Numbered from the stretch's first letter, positions 11,533 through 23,770 are shown. The stretch is 64,000 bases of DNA from an uncultured Bacteroidales bacterium (GCA_963753495.1 CAVWCO010000005.1:172466-236465), one strand, 5' to 3'. The notes: generated from the letters alone by a model not told the origin. Program-made: numbers and translations.

Positions 11533-13937
11533 TTATTCATATCTGAGTGCCTCCACCGGATTCCTTGTTGCTGCCCTCCAGCTTTGCAAGCTGACTGTAA
11601 TTAAGGCAATACCTGCTGCAATTACTCCTGAGAGTACAAAAATCCACCAGCTTATCTCTATCCTGTATGCATAATTCTGCAACCACTTATTCATTATAAT
11701 CCAGGCAACGGGAGAAGCAATAACAATTGCAACCACGACCCATTTCACGAAGTCTTTATTTAATAATACCAGTACCTGGCTGATCCTGGCACCATTTGTC
11801 TTGCGGATTCCGATCTCTTTGGTGCGTCTCGAAATTGCATAAGCTGATAAACCAGATAAACCGAGGCACGCAATGATTATTGCCAGTATTGAACTTGCAA
11901 GAAATAATCCGCTGAAACGCTGGTCAGCCCTGTATTGTTCATTATAAAAATCGGTAAGGAAAAAATAATTGAAAGGATTACCCGGATAATGCGCATTCCA
12001 AGCCTTCTCAATGTTAGGTATAATTTCATTTATTCCTTTTATATTGGCTTTAATTGTATAGAATATATTTGCCGGCTGATTGAAAAATGCGATAGGAGTT
12101 GGCAATTCTTTCAATGATTGCTGATTAAAATCATTGATAACAGCCTTTATAATAACTTCCTGTTTGCCTGATCTCAAAATCTTTCCGACGGTGCTCACAG
12201 CATCTTTAAATCCGTAATAGGTAAGCGCCGATTCATTTAAAATTATTTTATTGAAATCCTCCTCAATGCCAGGTGCAAAATTATCACCGGCAAGCAGAGT
12301 CAGGCCATAAGTGTTAAAAAACATATTATCAGCATAGTAAACATCAATCCTTTTTTCAGTGTTGCGTCCTTCCACAGGGATCCCGAAAACACGCGAGTTT
12401 TTAATTTCTGTCCCGGGAACATTAGAGGAGGCTGTTATACTGCTGACACCGGACAGGGCTGTTATTTCATTTTTGAATGATTCGAGACTGTTCATGTACG
12501 ATTCAAATGTATTTGCCCTGAGGATTCGCGGGCCATCAATTACCACTAATCCTTCCATATTAAAACCGAGGTCGTGATGGCGCATGAAATTAACCTGACG
12601 GAAAATAGTGATAGTGCAGATAATCAGAATAACAGATATGGTGAACTGGAAAACAACCAAGAGTATTTTTAAGCCCGATTATCCATTTGGACCCGGTTGG
12701 TTTTTTCCCTTTTAAAACAAGGCCTGGAGCAAATCGTGAAATATATATTGCAGGCAGCAATCCGGTGAGCAAAGATCCTGATACCAGCAGAAACAGAAAG
12801 AGCAGAATAACAACTAAGTAGTCGATCCGGAGTGGACTTTGCATAACCTGTTTGAAAAAAGGAAGTAACAGAAGGACACCGGAAAGACTTATTATCAATG
12901 CAACCAGGTTCAATATATGCAGATTCTGTTAAAAACTGGAAAATCAGGTCTTTTTGCAATGCGCCTGATATTTTGCGGACACCAACTTCATGAGCTCTTT
13001 CTATTGAACGCGAGGTTGCCAGATTGATATAATTAATAAATGCAATCAACAATACAAGGCAGGCAATGATGCCCAGAGATACCACATTGCGGTAATTGCC
13101 ATTGACCTCCAGTTCGTTACTGACCGATGAATGTAAATGAATATCAGTAAGCCTGACTAATCTGAATTCCAGCAGGAAGAATGCTTCCTTCATGAACTCT
13201 CCGATAAAGGTTTCAGGCAGTTGTGGCAACTTTGCCTGCAATGCTTTGGCATCCGCACCGGGTGTCAGAAGAATATAAGAATAAACCCTTTCGCTTACCC
13301 ACGAATTATCCCATGATCTCGAGTTCTTTATCAGGTTTTCATACGAGAGTAAAATATCAAATTTGCAATGAGAGTTTTCAGGAATTGATTTGACAACTCC
13401 CGCGACTTCAAAATCGCTGACTCCGTCAATAGTTATCATTTTCCCAATCGGATTTTCATCACCGAAATATTTTCTGGCTGTTTCCTCTGTGATAACGGCA
13501 TGATTAATTGCAAGAATGCTGGTATCTGCTTTCCCCATTAAGAGTGGAAAAGAAAACAGATCAAAAAAAGATGATTGTGCGTACAGGATGCTTTTCTCTT
13601 TGAAGGTTTTGTCTCCATATTTTACAAGACTTTCTGTACGGGAAAACCTCGTATATTTTGTAACCTCAGGAAAAGCGTTTTTTATTTCTTTTCCAACGGC
13701 ACCTGATCCTGATGCAGAATGCTGTTCCAGAATTCCTTCTTCATACAGGAGATAATCTACCCTGTAAATGTTATTCGCATTCTTGTGAAACTTATCATAC
13801 GAAGTTTCTGCTTTTATCCATAACATAATCAGAATAAAAGCGGTTATCCCGATAGTCAATCCTAAAAGATTGATGATGAAATATCCTTTGTTTGACTTGA
13901 GATTTCTTAATGTAAGGATCAGATAGCTTTTTATCAT
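11533..13937 (-). CDS. ABC transporter permease, MacB/FtsX-like (array gene P1), split by indels
   Basis: SYDKFH, INYINL, EVGVRK, VVFQFTIS, KEIGIRK and NPVEALRYE across ORFs 12669..13937, 12590..12913 and 11533..12660. Confidence 0.9.
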
Positions 13938-14030
13938 GATATTCTTTTTACCTATAAATTTAAGTAAATGTTTTCATTCATGGATCAAAACAGATCTTCA
14001 CCCTCTAAATCCATGCCTTCTCAGATTGCT

Positions 14031-14178
14031 CCCCGACATTCTACCTGATAAAGAACCCCCTTTTAATGCCTCCTTCTCGTAGCGCCCCCCTGCCCCCCTA
14101 AAGGGGGGTTGAAATCCAGTAATATGTACTGGATTTCTTCTCCCCCCTTGGGGGAGATCCCGAAGGGAGAGGGGGTTC
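14031..14178. repeat. GC-rich multi-hairpin element, copy 2
   Basis: Near-identical to 21256-21403; 9-bp terminal inverted repeat GAACCCCCT (14053)/AGGGGGTTC (14178) abutting the P2 stop codon. Confidence 0.92.
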
Positions 14179-16530
14179 TCACTCATACCTGAGTGCCTCA
14201 ACAGGATTCCTTGTTGCTGCCCTCCAGCTTTGCCAGCTGACTGTCAGCAACGCAATACCAAGTGCCAGCAATCCGGCCAGAGCAAAGATCCACCAGCTGA
14301 TTTCTGTTCTGTATGCAAAGCCCTGCAGCCATTTATGCATTGAATACCATGCAACAGGTGTGGCAATGACGAAGGCAATAATTACCAGTATTACCAGATC
14401 TTTGTTTAGCAGGGCCATCACCTCTGCCGATCCGGCACCATTTATTTTTCGGATTCCGATTTCCTTTGTTCGCCGCTGACAGGAAAAAAGAGACATTGTA
14501 AAAATTCCAAGGCAGCATATGATAATAGCGCATCCTGCAAACAGGGAAAAGGTTCTTTGAAACCGGAGTTCCGACAGATACATGTTCGCGACTGCCTGGT
14601 CAAAAAAGCTTATTTCAACCGGGAAAGAGGGTGAAAGCTGTGAAACAACATCTTTCATATCCTTAATCACGCTGCTTAACAATCCAAAATTGGCTGTTCT
14701 GAGGTTTACCAGACAATATGAGGCATATGATTCATTCCTGATAACAAGAGGGACTATAGGCTGACTCACAGACTGGAAATGGAAATCTTTTATAACCCCG
14801 ATGATTTCAAAAGTACGTTTTCCCATTTGAAATCTTATACCCAAAGGATTGGTGATATTATGCTCCCGGACAAATGTTTCGTTGACCAAAACTTTTTCTT
14901 TATCCAGGGGAAAATCGTCAGTATAAAATCGACCAGAAATCAACTGTAAGCCTGTAATTCCAAAAAATGCGGCATCAGCGCTGAATGTGTCAAAATTCAG
15001 CTTTTTCTTTTCCCCGTCCATATCCAATCCGACACTCCATTGTGAAATATCCTTACCAGGGTAGAACTGGGTATAGGAAACACCACCCACAGCAGGATTC
15101 TTCATCAGTAGCTCTTTGAGAACATCTTTCTTCTCGTTCAGCTGGGGAGTTAGTTCTATCCCGATAATATTTTCCTGATTCAAACCCGGGTTTGTTCTCC
15201 CGAACCTGACCTGTTTTTGAACCAGTACAGTAAATGCAATCAATACAATGGCTATTGTGAACTGGACAATAACAAGAACACCACGATAAGAGAAATTTGA
15301 TTTTTCGGGCTTTATTGTATTTTTCAGATTATCAATGGCTTTTGAGTAAGATATCTTCAAAGCCGGAACTATACTAAAAATAGAGCTTAAAATGATGATA
15401 CCTGCCAGTGATGCTATGATAAAGTAAGGAGAAGAAGTTAATTCCGGATTATAATATATCCCTGTATATCTGAATATAAATGGATTGATCATATTCACAA
15501 CATAGAATGCAATAAGCAGAGCAGCAAGAAAGAAAACAAATGATTCAAACAGAACATAGAAAAGTATCCCTGCCTGCCTGGCACCTATAACCTTCCTGAC
15601 GCCGGTTTGTTTGATTTTTTCCAGCCATTGCGAGGATGATATATTTATGAAGTTGACCAGGGCAATTATCAGTACAAGCACAGCTACCATTACAAGTATC
15701 ATAACTTTCCTTTTATCACCGCTTACCAGGTAATCATTTCCATAAAGCATGAATTTTGAAAAGTAGACCTTATTCAATGGGATCAGTTTTGCGGATTCAT
15801 ACTCTTTTTGGAAATCTATCGGGATTATACCCAGAATAGTCTTTCCCGTTCTTACAGGATCGGACTCCTTATTTAAAAGAAGAAAGGTCTGGAAATCACA
15901 CCATCCCCATTCTGTGAATTCCCCGCCTTCACCCTGAACGATCTTCTGGGTGATCAATGAGGAAACTGAGCTGAACGAAAGACATGAATTGGCATCAGGT
16001 TCTGCTATTATTGCCTTTACAGTGAGCTCTTTGTTGTTGTTTAGCTTTAAGATTTTTCCAACGGCCTTTTCCCGCCCGAAAAGCTTATAGGCTAAGGTTT
16101 CCGTTAGAACTATAGTCATGGGTTCTTCCAGAGCAGCTTCAGGATCTCCTTCGATAACTTTGTAAGTAAAAAGTTTAAAAAAATCTTTGTCGGCAAATAA
16201 TAGATCAGAAGTTAAAGGCTCTCTGTTTTCTGCCTGAAATACCGGAGCTTCCCATGTGCCGGCGATCCTGACAGTTGATTCGACTCCCGGAACTTTTATG
16301 TCGATATTATCCTTGAGAACTCCGGGTGTATAAATCCGATCATCTGAGGGAAGATATAAAAATACATTGTCACCGTTCTCATGAAAATTATCAGTTGTAA
16401 GTTCACTGTAACAAAAAGCCGACAAAAAAATCACCAGGGTCAGACTTATTGCCAATCCCAGCAAATTGATAACGTGGGTTACAGGGTTGCGGGTGAAATT
16501 GCGGATTATCGATTTAAACAGATTATTCAT
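14179..16530 (-). CDS. ABC transporter permease, MacB/FtsX-like (P2)
   Basis: 783 aa, duplicated periplasmic + FtsX architecture, ends SWQSWRAATRNPVEALRYE. Confidence 0.92.
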   Translation of the reverse strand: MNNLFKSIIRNFTRNPVTHVINLLGLAISLTLVIFLSAFCYSELTTDNFHENGDNVFLYLPSDDRIYTPGVLKDNIDIKVPGVESTVRIAGTWEAPVFQAENREPLTSDLLFADKDFFKLFTYKVIEGDPEAALEEPMTIVLTETLAYKLFGREKAVGKILKLNNNKELTVKAIIAEPDANSCLSFSSVSSLITQKIVQGEGGEFTEWGWCDFQTFLLLNKESDPVRTGKTILGIIPIDFQKEYESAKLIPLNKVYFSKFMLYGNDYLVSGDKRKVMILVMVAVLVLIIALVNFINISSSQWLEKIKQTGVRKVIGARQAGILFYVLFESFVFFLAALLIAFYVVNMINPFIFRYTGIYYNPELTSSPYFIIASLAGIIILSSIFSIVPALKISYSKAIDNLKNTIKPEKSNFSYRGVLVIVQFTIAIVLIAFTVLVQKQVRFGRTNPGLNQENIIGIELTPQLNEKKDVLKELLMKNPAVGGVSYTQFYPGKDISQWSVGLDMDGEKKKLNFDTFSADAAFFGITGLQLISGRFYTDDFPLDKEKVLVNETFVREHNITNPLGIRFQMGKRTFEIIGVIKDFHFQSVSQPIVPLVIRNESYASYCLVNLRTANFGLLSSVIKDMKDVVSQLSPSFPVEISFFDQAVANMYLSELRFQRTFSLFAGCAIIICCLGIFTMSLFSCQRRTKEIGIRKINGAGSAEVMALLNKDLVILVIIAFVIATPVAWYSMHKWLQGFAYRTEISWWIFALAGLLALGIALLTVSWQSWRAATRNPVEALRYE

Positions 16531-18859
16531 ATCTGAGAGCTTCTACCGGATTCCTCGTTGCTGCCCTCCAGCTCTGCCAGCTGACAGTCACAAATATTAT
16601 TATAAGTGCAACCACTCCTGCAAGAGCAAAAATCCACCAACTAAGGGAGGTCGTATATGCAAAATTCGCGAGCCATTTCTTCCCTATAAAAAATGATACA
16701 GGGCTGGCGATTATAACTGCAATACCAAACCATATTATAAAATCACGATTCAGCATATAGATAATCCCGGAGATCTTTGCCCCGTTAATTTTACGGACGC
16801 CTATTTCCTTAACCCTGCTTAGACAGATCATAAATATCTGCCCAAGGATGCCCATACAGGTCAGGGCTATTGCAAGAAGCGAAAAGAAGGTTATTGAACT
16901 TGCAAGCTTTTCTTCCTTCTCATACATTGACTGAAAAAAATCATCATAAAACATAAAACTGAATGGTTCATAAGGCGAAAGTGCTTTCCAAACTTTATTG
17001 ATCTGATCAATCTGCTGCCCGGTATTACCTGATGAAAGCCTTACTGAAAGCACATTCGAGAAATCGGCTCCGGAAAAGAGAAGTGCCAGAGGTTCAACAG
17101 CATTATGGTATGATTCGAATTTAAAGTTTTTAATTTTCCCTATTACTTCGTAGCCCCCCTCCTGGCCATTATTAAATCTCTTCCCTTCAAGGCTTTCCCA
17201 ACCATATTGTTTGAATGCCTCTTCATTAATCAGACATGACTTATTCAGATCTCCTTCAAGGAAATCACGACCTTCAAGTAATTCCATTTCCATCGTATTC
17301 GTATAATTATCGCCAACATAAATACAATTGAAGGTAATCGATTTTCCCTCAAAATCACTGTCCATTCTGTGATTGATCATTCCCGGGCACCCACTGCTCA
17401 AAGAGGTACTCTTCACAAATGAGAGGTTCCTGAGTTCCAGCCTCAGTGCATCGGTCTGCTGGTACCTGTAAGGAAGATCTATCCTTAACAACTGTTCCTG
17501 GTTAAACCCGGGATCGGAATGTTTAACAAAATGAAGTTGCCTGAAAATTATCATTACCACTGTTATAAGAGCTATTGATACTGTTAGCTGGAATGTAAGC
17601 AATGTCTGTTTCCAGATTTGTTTACTGTTTTTCTTTCCCTTAAAACCTGAAAGGCACTCAGTAATATTGAACCTTGAAAGGATGTATATCGGAGCTAGAC
17701 TGTTGATAAGTATCACTATAATCAGGACGACCAGAATAAATGGGGCAACTGCTAGCAGGTCGGGCCATCCTATGTGCATTGCTTTTCCGAACAGGCTTGT
17801 TGAATAAGGTATTGCGAAGTCTGTAATTGCAAGTGCAAGTACCAGTGAGATCAAAATTCCGAGAGTTACTTCGACAAGAGCATAGTTCACCAATTCTTTC
17901 CATCCTGCACCGAAGGTCTTTTTTATACCTGTCGCCCTTAATTTGGCATATTGAACCGACACAGAGTAGTTTAGGTAATTTATACTTGAAAGAATCAGAA
18001 TCAGCAACGCAATTGCAAGAAAAATCTTCAACAGAACCGGATTTCCTTTGGCGTGTCTGCTTTTAACTGTCAGCTCAGATAAATAAATTTCATCAAGGCC
18101 CTGCAGAGCCAGGCTGTCGATATCCAATGCCTTTAAATTTTCCGATCTGTTCAACTCATTAGAAAAATCACCGATTAGAGTTCCTTCCCTGACTTTAATA
18201 AAAAGATTTGTGGGATTGTATGTCATACCATTTATATTGGTTGTCGACATACGGAATTTCTTATTTGCACTGTTTATTATTATATCAGCGCTGAAACTTG
18301 AATTGACCGGCAGTTCCTTAAAGACTGATGTGACGGTTCCAAAGAAATAATTTCCAATATTGACTTTTTTCCCGATCGGGGTTTGATCCCCGAACAATGA
18401 TTCTGAAAGTGTAGCAGAAATCGCCACTGATTCTTTTCCATCGAATGGTTTACTAGAAAGGCTTTCGACAAGCTCAACAGAAAAGATCGCAAAGAAATTT
18501 TCAGTTGTAGCTAGCAAATGAGTGAATTCAGCAGAGATATTTGTCTGTTCATCTTTTATTGTCATTTGATCACTTATGTTATAATCAAGAGGACAGGCAT
18601 CCTCTACTGCTGCATAATCTGAAATCAGTACCGGGTAAAGGTCCCAATTAAGGTTGCACCGGTTTTTTTTCACATCGTATAACCTGTATATCTGTTTATG
18701 ATATGCAAAACCCTCATTTACTGTGGTCTCTGTATGATAAAAAAGCCCTATCAAAATGCAGGCTGAGAACCCTATTGCAAAGCCACCTATTATCAGAAAG
18801 GAGTAGAGCTTGTTTTTAACCAGGTTCCTGAGGGCTAATTTTAAATTGATTAAAATCAT
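16523..18859 (-). CDS. ABC transporter permease, MacB/FtsX-like (P3)
   Basis: 778 aa, same motifs; stop overlaps the P2 start. Confidence 0.92.
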   Translation of the reverse strand: MILINLKLALRNLVKNKLYSFLIIGGFAIGFSACILIGLFYHTETTVNEGFAYHKQIYRLYDVKKNRCNLNWDLYPVLISDYAAVEDACPLDYNISDQMTIKDEQTNISAEFTHLLATTENFFAIFSVELVESLSSKPFDGKESVAISATLSESLFGDQTPIGKKVNIGNYFFGTVTSVFKELPVNSSFSADIIINSANKKFRMSTTNINGMTYNPTNLFIKVREGTLIGDFSNELNRSENLKALDIDSLALQGLDEIYLSELTVKSRHAKGNPVLLKIFLAIALLILILSSINYLNYSVSVQYAKLRATGIKKTFGAGWKELVNYALVEVTLGILISLVLALAITDFAIPYSTSLFGKAMHIGWPDLLAVAPFILVVLIIVILINSLAPIYILSRFNITECLSGFKGKKNSKQIWKQTLLTFQLTVSIALITVVMIIFRQLHFVKHSDPGFNQEQLLRIDLPYRYQQTDALRLELRNLSFVKSTSLSSGCPGMINHRMDSDFEGKSITFNCIYVGDNYTNTMEMELLEGRDFLEGDLNKSCLINEEAFKQYGWESLEGKRFNNGQEGGYEVIGKIKNFKFESYHNAVEPLALLFSGADFSNVLSVRLSSGNTGQQIDQINKVWKALSPYEPFSFMFYDDFFQSMYEKEEKLASSITFFSLLAIALTCMGILGQIFMICLSRVKEIGVRKINGAKISGIIYMLNRDFIIWFGIAVIIASPVSFFIGKKWLANFAYTTSLSWWIFALAGVVALIIIFVTVSWQSWRAATRNPVEALRYE

Positions 18860-18894
18860 TTCATCTGTTTATAATCTGTTAATTCAATATTTTG

Positions 18895-21210
18895 TTATTC
18901 ATATCTGAGAGCCTCAACCGGATTCCTCATTGCCACCCTCCAGCTCTGCCAGCTGACTGTAAGCAATGAAATAGCCAGGACAATTATCCCTGAAAGAGCA
19001 AAGATCCACCATTTCACGTCAGTCCTGTATGAATAATTCTCAAGCCATATGTGCATCGCATACCAGGCAATCGGAACAGCTATGATAAAGGCAATTACCG
19101 TCCATCTGATGAAGTCTTTGTTTATCAATACCAGTATTTCAGTGATATTTGCTCCGTTAATTTTGCGGATACCTATCTCTTTTGTCCGGGAATGGGTTTT
19201 CTGGTATGAGATGGCAAACATCCCTATCATCGAAAGGAAAAGACTTATAAGTGAACATGATACGATCAACCTTTTAAAGTTTACATTTCCCCTGTGATAC
19301 CATTCAAAGCGGTCGCCGACTGATTCAATATCTAAAGGGTAATCGGGGATTAGTCTTTGCCAGATGTCTGAAATGGCACTCCTTGCTGCCTGTACCTGAT
19401 TATATGAAGGTTTAACCAGAAGATGCCAGCCTTTGTTATCAAATGAAATTAATGCCGGTTCAACTTTTAATTTCAAATCGGAATAGTGAAAATCTTTAAC
19501 AATTCCTGTCACGATCATATCTTCCATCCCCGGAATTCCTTTTCCAATCAGATCCTGATCCGGAAAAAACCTTGCAAAAGATTGGTTAATGAGGCATTTT
19601 TTTGAATTTGCGGAAAGGGTTTCAGAAAATCCTGTACCGTCAATAAGCTCTATTCCAAGTACATCGAGATAATTTTCATCACCGCTGAAGCCTGACAGAG
19701 AATATTCTTTTTCCACTCCATCCTGCTGATATTTAAGCAAGACCATGAAATGTTCGAGAAGAGGAGAGGCCCCGACAACAGAAACATTATTTACTGAGAT
19801 TGTTTTCAATAACTCATCTTTGAATGCTCCTGCCTTGTCCTTATACTGTGGGGGGATTCTTATCTCAATGACATCCTTATTCATACCAATAGGTTTCTGA
19901 GTAATGAAATTCATTTGTCTGATGATGATTAAAGAGCATATGATAAGTGCAATGGAACTGGCTAACTGGAATATATTAAAGAGAGGGATCTGAATAATTC
20001 TGACCGTTTGATCCTGATCTGTTTTCAACAGATTTATATTTAGGTTCGATCGGATCAGATAAGTACCAAAAAGTAATGTTATCAGCAATACAAAAACAAG
20101 GACTCCGGTCAGGATTGCTACCTGTCGGGGCTGCCAGATAAATGAATTAGTGATATTACTGTTTATCAGAGTGTTGAAAAATGGTAATGCATCCAGCATC
20201 AGAAACAAACCAATGAGGAAAGATATCGCTACAATGATTGAATTTTCCAGCATGAAACGGGCAATAAGATCCGTGAGGGTGCTGCCATTGATCCGTCGTA
20301 AATAATACTCTTTTACCTTTCCGAGAAACTTGTTTGAAAGGACTCCCAGATAATTGAAGATGGCGATCCCGATTATCATCAATCCAATAATGATAGCAAT
20401 CCACAGATCTCTCTTGTCACGGTTGTTTTCAACAACCAATCCCCGCGATGTATCGAAATATGCCTTCTGAAGCGGTTCCAGGTAATATGTCGGACCGGAA
20501 GTCCCGGTATTTATAACAGGGATAGTCTCTTTTTTCTCTGAAAATAATTTTTCCAGTTCTTTCGGATCAGTGTCTTTTACTAATCTTACATAACAGCGGC
20601 TGTCGATATCCCCTATCAGGCGAACCATATCGAAGTTTATCTGGGTATTATCAACAGGTTTTTCAAAAATCCCTGTTACTGTCATCTGGTCGGTTTTATT
20701 TCGGTTAACCAGAGTGATTATCTTTCCCACAGGATCGTCTTTACCGAAATATTTATCAGCCAGATCAGCTGAAATGACAAGGCTGTTGGCTGCTTCCAGG
20801 GCTGTTCCGGGATTATTGGTTAAAAGCTTATATGAAAAAAACCTGAAGAAATTTTCTGATGCTCCGATAATTTGAGGATGGTCAAAGTATTCCTCGTTAT
20901 TAACAACTATTTTCAGGGAATTTGAATTATTATAGCGACAAAAATCTTCGACCTGGGCTATATTGGCTTTCATGTACTCGGCAGATCCGGACTTGCAATG
21001 ATACATTTTAGCGCCGGGGATCCATGGATCATCACATTTCAGTGCATAGATCTGGTCTTTATATTTATGAAAACCGTCAGTGCTCAGCTCCCGGTTAAGG
21101 AATAAAAAGATGAGATTAATACAGGCAATTCCAACTGCAAGACTGGTTATTATGACCAGTGTATTTAACCGGTCTCTTAGAAGGCTTCTGAAAATCTGGA
21201 TTAGTTGCAT
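18895..21210 (-). CDS. ABC transporter permease, MacB/FtsX-like (P4)
   Basis: 771 aa; KEIGIRKING; ends NPVEALRYE. Confidence 0.92.
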   Translation of the reverse strand: MQLIQIFRSLLRDRLNTLVIITSLAVGIACINLIFLFLNRELSTDGFHKYKDQIYALKCDDPWIPGAKMYHCKSGSAEYMKANIAQVEDFCRYNNSNSLKIVVNNEEYFDHPQIIGASENFFRFFSYKLLTNNPGTALEAANSLVISADLADKYFGKDDPVGKIITLVNRNKTDQMTVTGIFEKPVDNTQINFDMVRLIGDIDSRCYVRLVKDTDPKELEKLFSEKKETIPVINTGTSGPTYYLEPLQKAYFDTSRGLVVENNRDKRDLWIAIIIGLMIIGIAIFNYLGVLSNKFLGKVKEYYLRRINGSTLTDLIARFMLENSIIVAISFLIGLFLMLDALPFFNTLINSNITNSFIWQPRQVAILTGVLVFVLLITLLFGTYLIRSNLNINLLKTDQDQTVRIIQIPLFNIFQLASSIALIICSLIIIRQMNFITQKPIGMNKDVIEIRIPPQYKDKAGAFKDELLKTISVNNVSVVGASPLLEHFMVLLKYQQDGVEKEYSLSGFSGDENYLDVLGIELIDGTGFSETLSANSKKCLINQSFARFFPDQDLIGKGIPGMEDMIVTGIVKDFHYSDLKLKVEPALISFDNKGWHLLVKPSYNQVQAARSAISDIWQRLIPDYPLDIESVGDRFEWYHRGNVNFKRLIVSCSLISLFLSMIGMFAISYQKTHSRTKEIGIRKINGANITEILVLINKDFIRWTVIAFIIAVPIAWYAMHIWLENYSYRTDVKWWIFALSGIIVLAISLLTVSWQSWRVAMRNPVEALRYE

Positions 21211-21255
21211 GAAAAATAACGTATCATTATTGTATTTAAATTATATTCTTTTTAC

Positions 21256-21403
21256 CCCCGGCATTCTAGTTGATAAAGTACCCCCTTTAAATGCCTCCTT
21301 CTCGTAGCGCCCCCCTGCCCCCCTGAAGGGGGGTTGAAATCCAGTAATATGTACTGGATTTCTTCTCCCCCCTTGGGGGAGATCCCGAAGGGAGAGGGGG
21401 TTT
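21256..21403. repeat. GC-rich multi-hairpin element, copy 3
   Basis: Near-identical to 14031-14178; abuts the P5 stop codon. Confidence 0.92.
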
Positions 21404-23770
21404 TCACTCATACCTCAATGCCTCTACCGGATTCCTTGTTGCTGCCCTCCAGCTCTGCCAGCTTACAGTTAATAAGGCTATTCCCATCGCTATTACTCCT
21501 GCAAGTGCAAAAATCCACCAGCTAAGTGTGGTTTTATAGGCAAAACCCTCCAGATACTTTTTCATAATAAAATAAGAGAGCGGAACTGCTATAATATATG
21601 CAATCATGATCCACCTTAAAATACTCCAGTTGAGAATTCGTATTATATCCGTGATTTTTGCTCCATGTACTTTTCTTACACCGATCTCTTTTATCTTTTG
21701 CCGCGAGATAAAATGGATAATACCAAATGTCCCCAGACAGGAAAGAATAATTGACATTATGGCAAATACACGTATAATAAATGCCGTCTGCATTTCGGAT
21801 ATGTAAAGTGTGTCAAGCCATTCATCATAGAAATGGTATTCAAAAAGAAATTCCGGACACATTTCATTCCATACTTTTTTGATATAATCTATAGTCCCGG
21901 AATAATCACCCGGCATAATACGGCAGGTCAAATAATTTACCCCAAAATGATCTGAACATTCAAATACGGTTGGAGAAACAGGCTGGTTAAGTTTTTCAAC
22001 ATTAATATCCTTAATCACACCAACAACATTAAGAGAGTTTTTTTCTATTTCAGATGCATTTGCTCGTCCGAATGCTTGTTCGGGGGTCGGAATTCCTCTT
22101 AATACTTTACCCTCAATTGACTCCCATCCTGTAAGCCTGAATGCCGATTCATTTATAATCACCGATTTCTTCCAGTCTCTTTCTTCAAAGCTTCTTCCCT
22201 GAAGGAATTCGGCATTATAAACCTTGAAAAAGTCGGGATCGACGGTAAAACTCGGGAGACTGCCTTCGTACCCGTATTTCTCACGGGGTTCGTTCCACAT
22301 GTTCCAGAGAGCAACCTGTCCGGGGATACCATGCGAAACGGCACATGCTTTTATATAGGGATTATTCAGTAATTTTTCTTTGATTACCGGAAGCTTATCC
22401 TTTATTTCCCACGGAACCTTAATATTGACAAGCTGCTCCCTGGTAAATCCCAGATCCTTGGTGGTTAAAAGATTGTTCTGACGGGTCATGACAACCAGCG
22501 AAACAATCATTACTATTGAGATTAAATACTGAACATACGGATAATCCGCTTTTCATCTGCAGTTTCCCCTTTATTCCGGTATGGCCGAATAATGAAGCCG
22601 GTTTAAACCTGGAAACAATAAAGGCTGGATAAAAGCCTGCCAGAAGAGCAACTGCAAGAACTCCGGGAATGACCAGCAGAATATTTGGAAACCTCAGTGC
22701 GGTAAGAACTGGAAAATCCTTTTGGATCAGCGAAGAGAAGGGAACTTCCAGGAGAAATGATAAATATATTCCAAGTGCAAATGCTATTAAAATTACTGTA
22801 ATTGCTTCGAAAACAACTTGTAAGAATATTTCTTTTCTCCCGGCACCTGCCACCTTCTTAATGCCAATCTCTTTTATCCGGCCCAGATGGCTGGAGGTAA
22901 ACAGGATCACAAAGTTTAAAATCGATATGAAAAGTATTAATATTGTTACTGTGCTGAAAAGTAATATTGACATTAGGTTAGCATGGAGTGTTTCGCTTGT
23001 ATCGTTATTAGTCATTGGACTTAGGTAGGATTTTTTAAATGGCAGCAGCTTAAAAGGTTGCTTCATATAATGATCCTGCGAATAATCCTGTGTGATCATC
23101 TCTCAAGCCTTACCGGATCGCTTTTCATGTTTATCATGAAGAAATACCGTGAATAGTAGATATCTCTTCTTAATTCTCCCCCGAGAACATTCACATTTTC
23201 CCAGGAAATGACAGCCTGTGCCTGAATGCTGGAATTCTCAGGAAGGTCATCATAAACCGCACTGATGATAAAGTCCTTCCTGTGCTGGATGTTTATCGTT
23301 TTCCCGATGGGATCTGAATTACCGAAAATTGTTCTTGCAAGCGATGAGCTGATTGCCAGACTGTTAATCGCGGGAAGAGGTTCTTCCCTATTGCCATCGA
23401 TGATATTCAATGAAAAGATCCTGAAAAAGTCATTGTCGGTTTTGACAAGGTTTGTTATTGCATAAGGAGATTTTTCATGAACAATTTCCATAGGTCCGTT
23501 ATCGTACCGGCATATCATTTCTATTTCCGGGTACCTGACTTTTAATTCCTGGAGCTTGTCGCCTCTGAATGTCGTAATTCCCTTTTCCACACATAACCGA
23601 TAAATCCTGTTGATCTCAGGGAACGATTTATCATATTCTGTTTCATTGAAAACATAGGATGCAAGAAGTAATGCGACAGCCAGGCTGAATGCAAATCCTG
23701 CAATTATTACAAATCCCGACACAGGATTCCTGATGAGATTTCTGATCGTGATTTTTAAATAATATATCAT
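21404..23770 (-). CDS. ABC transporter permease, MacB/FtsX-like (P5), split by two indels
   Basis: ORFs 23096..23770, 22419..23099 and 21404..22510 join into one ~790 aa permease. Confidence 0.88.

Noticed and set aside
13998-14201. Small ORFs across the hairpin element (also 21334..21525)
   Set aside because: They are by-products of the GC-rich repeat, overlap permease ends and have no protein-like features.
11436-21403. Repeats as a CRISPR array or integron attC sites
   Set aside because: Copies are kilobases apart with no short spacers, there is no cas or integrase gene, and no clear RYYYAAC/GTTRRRY core was seen.
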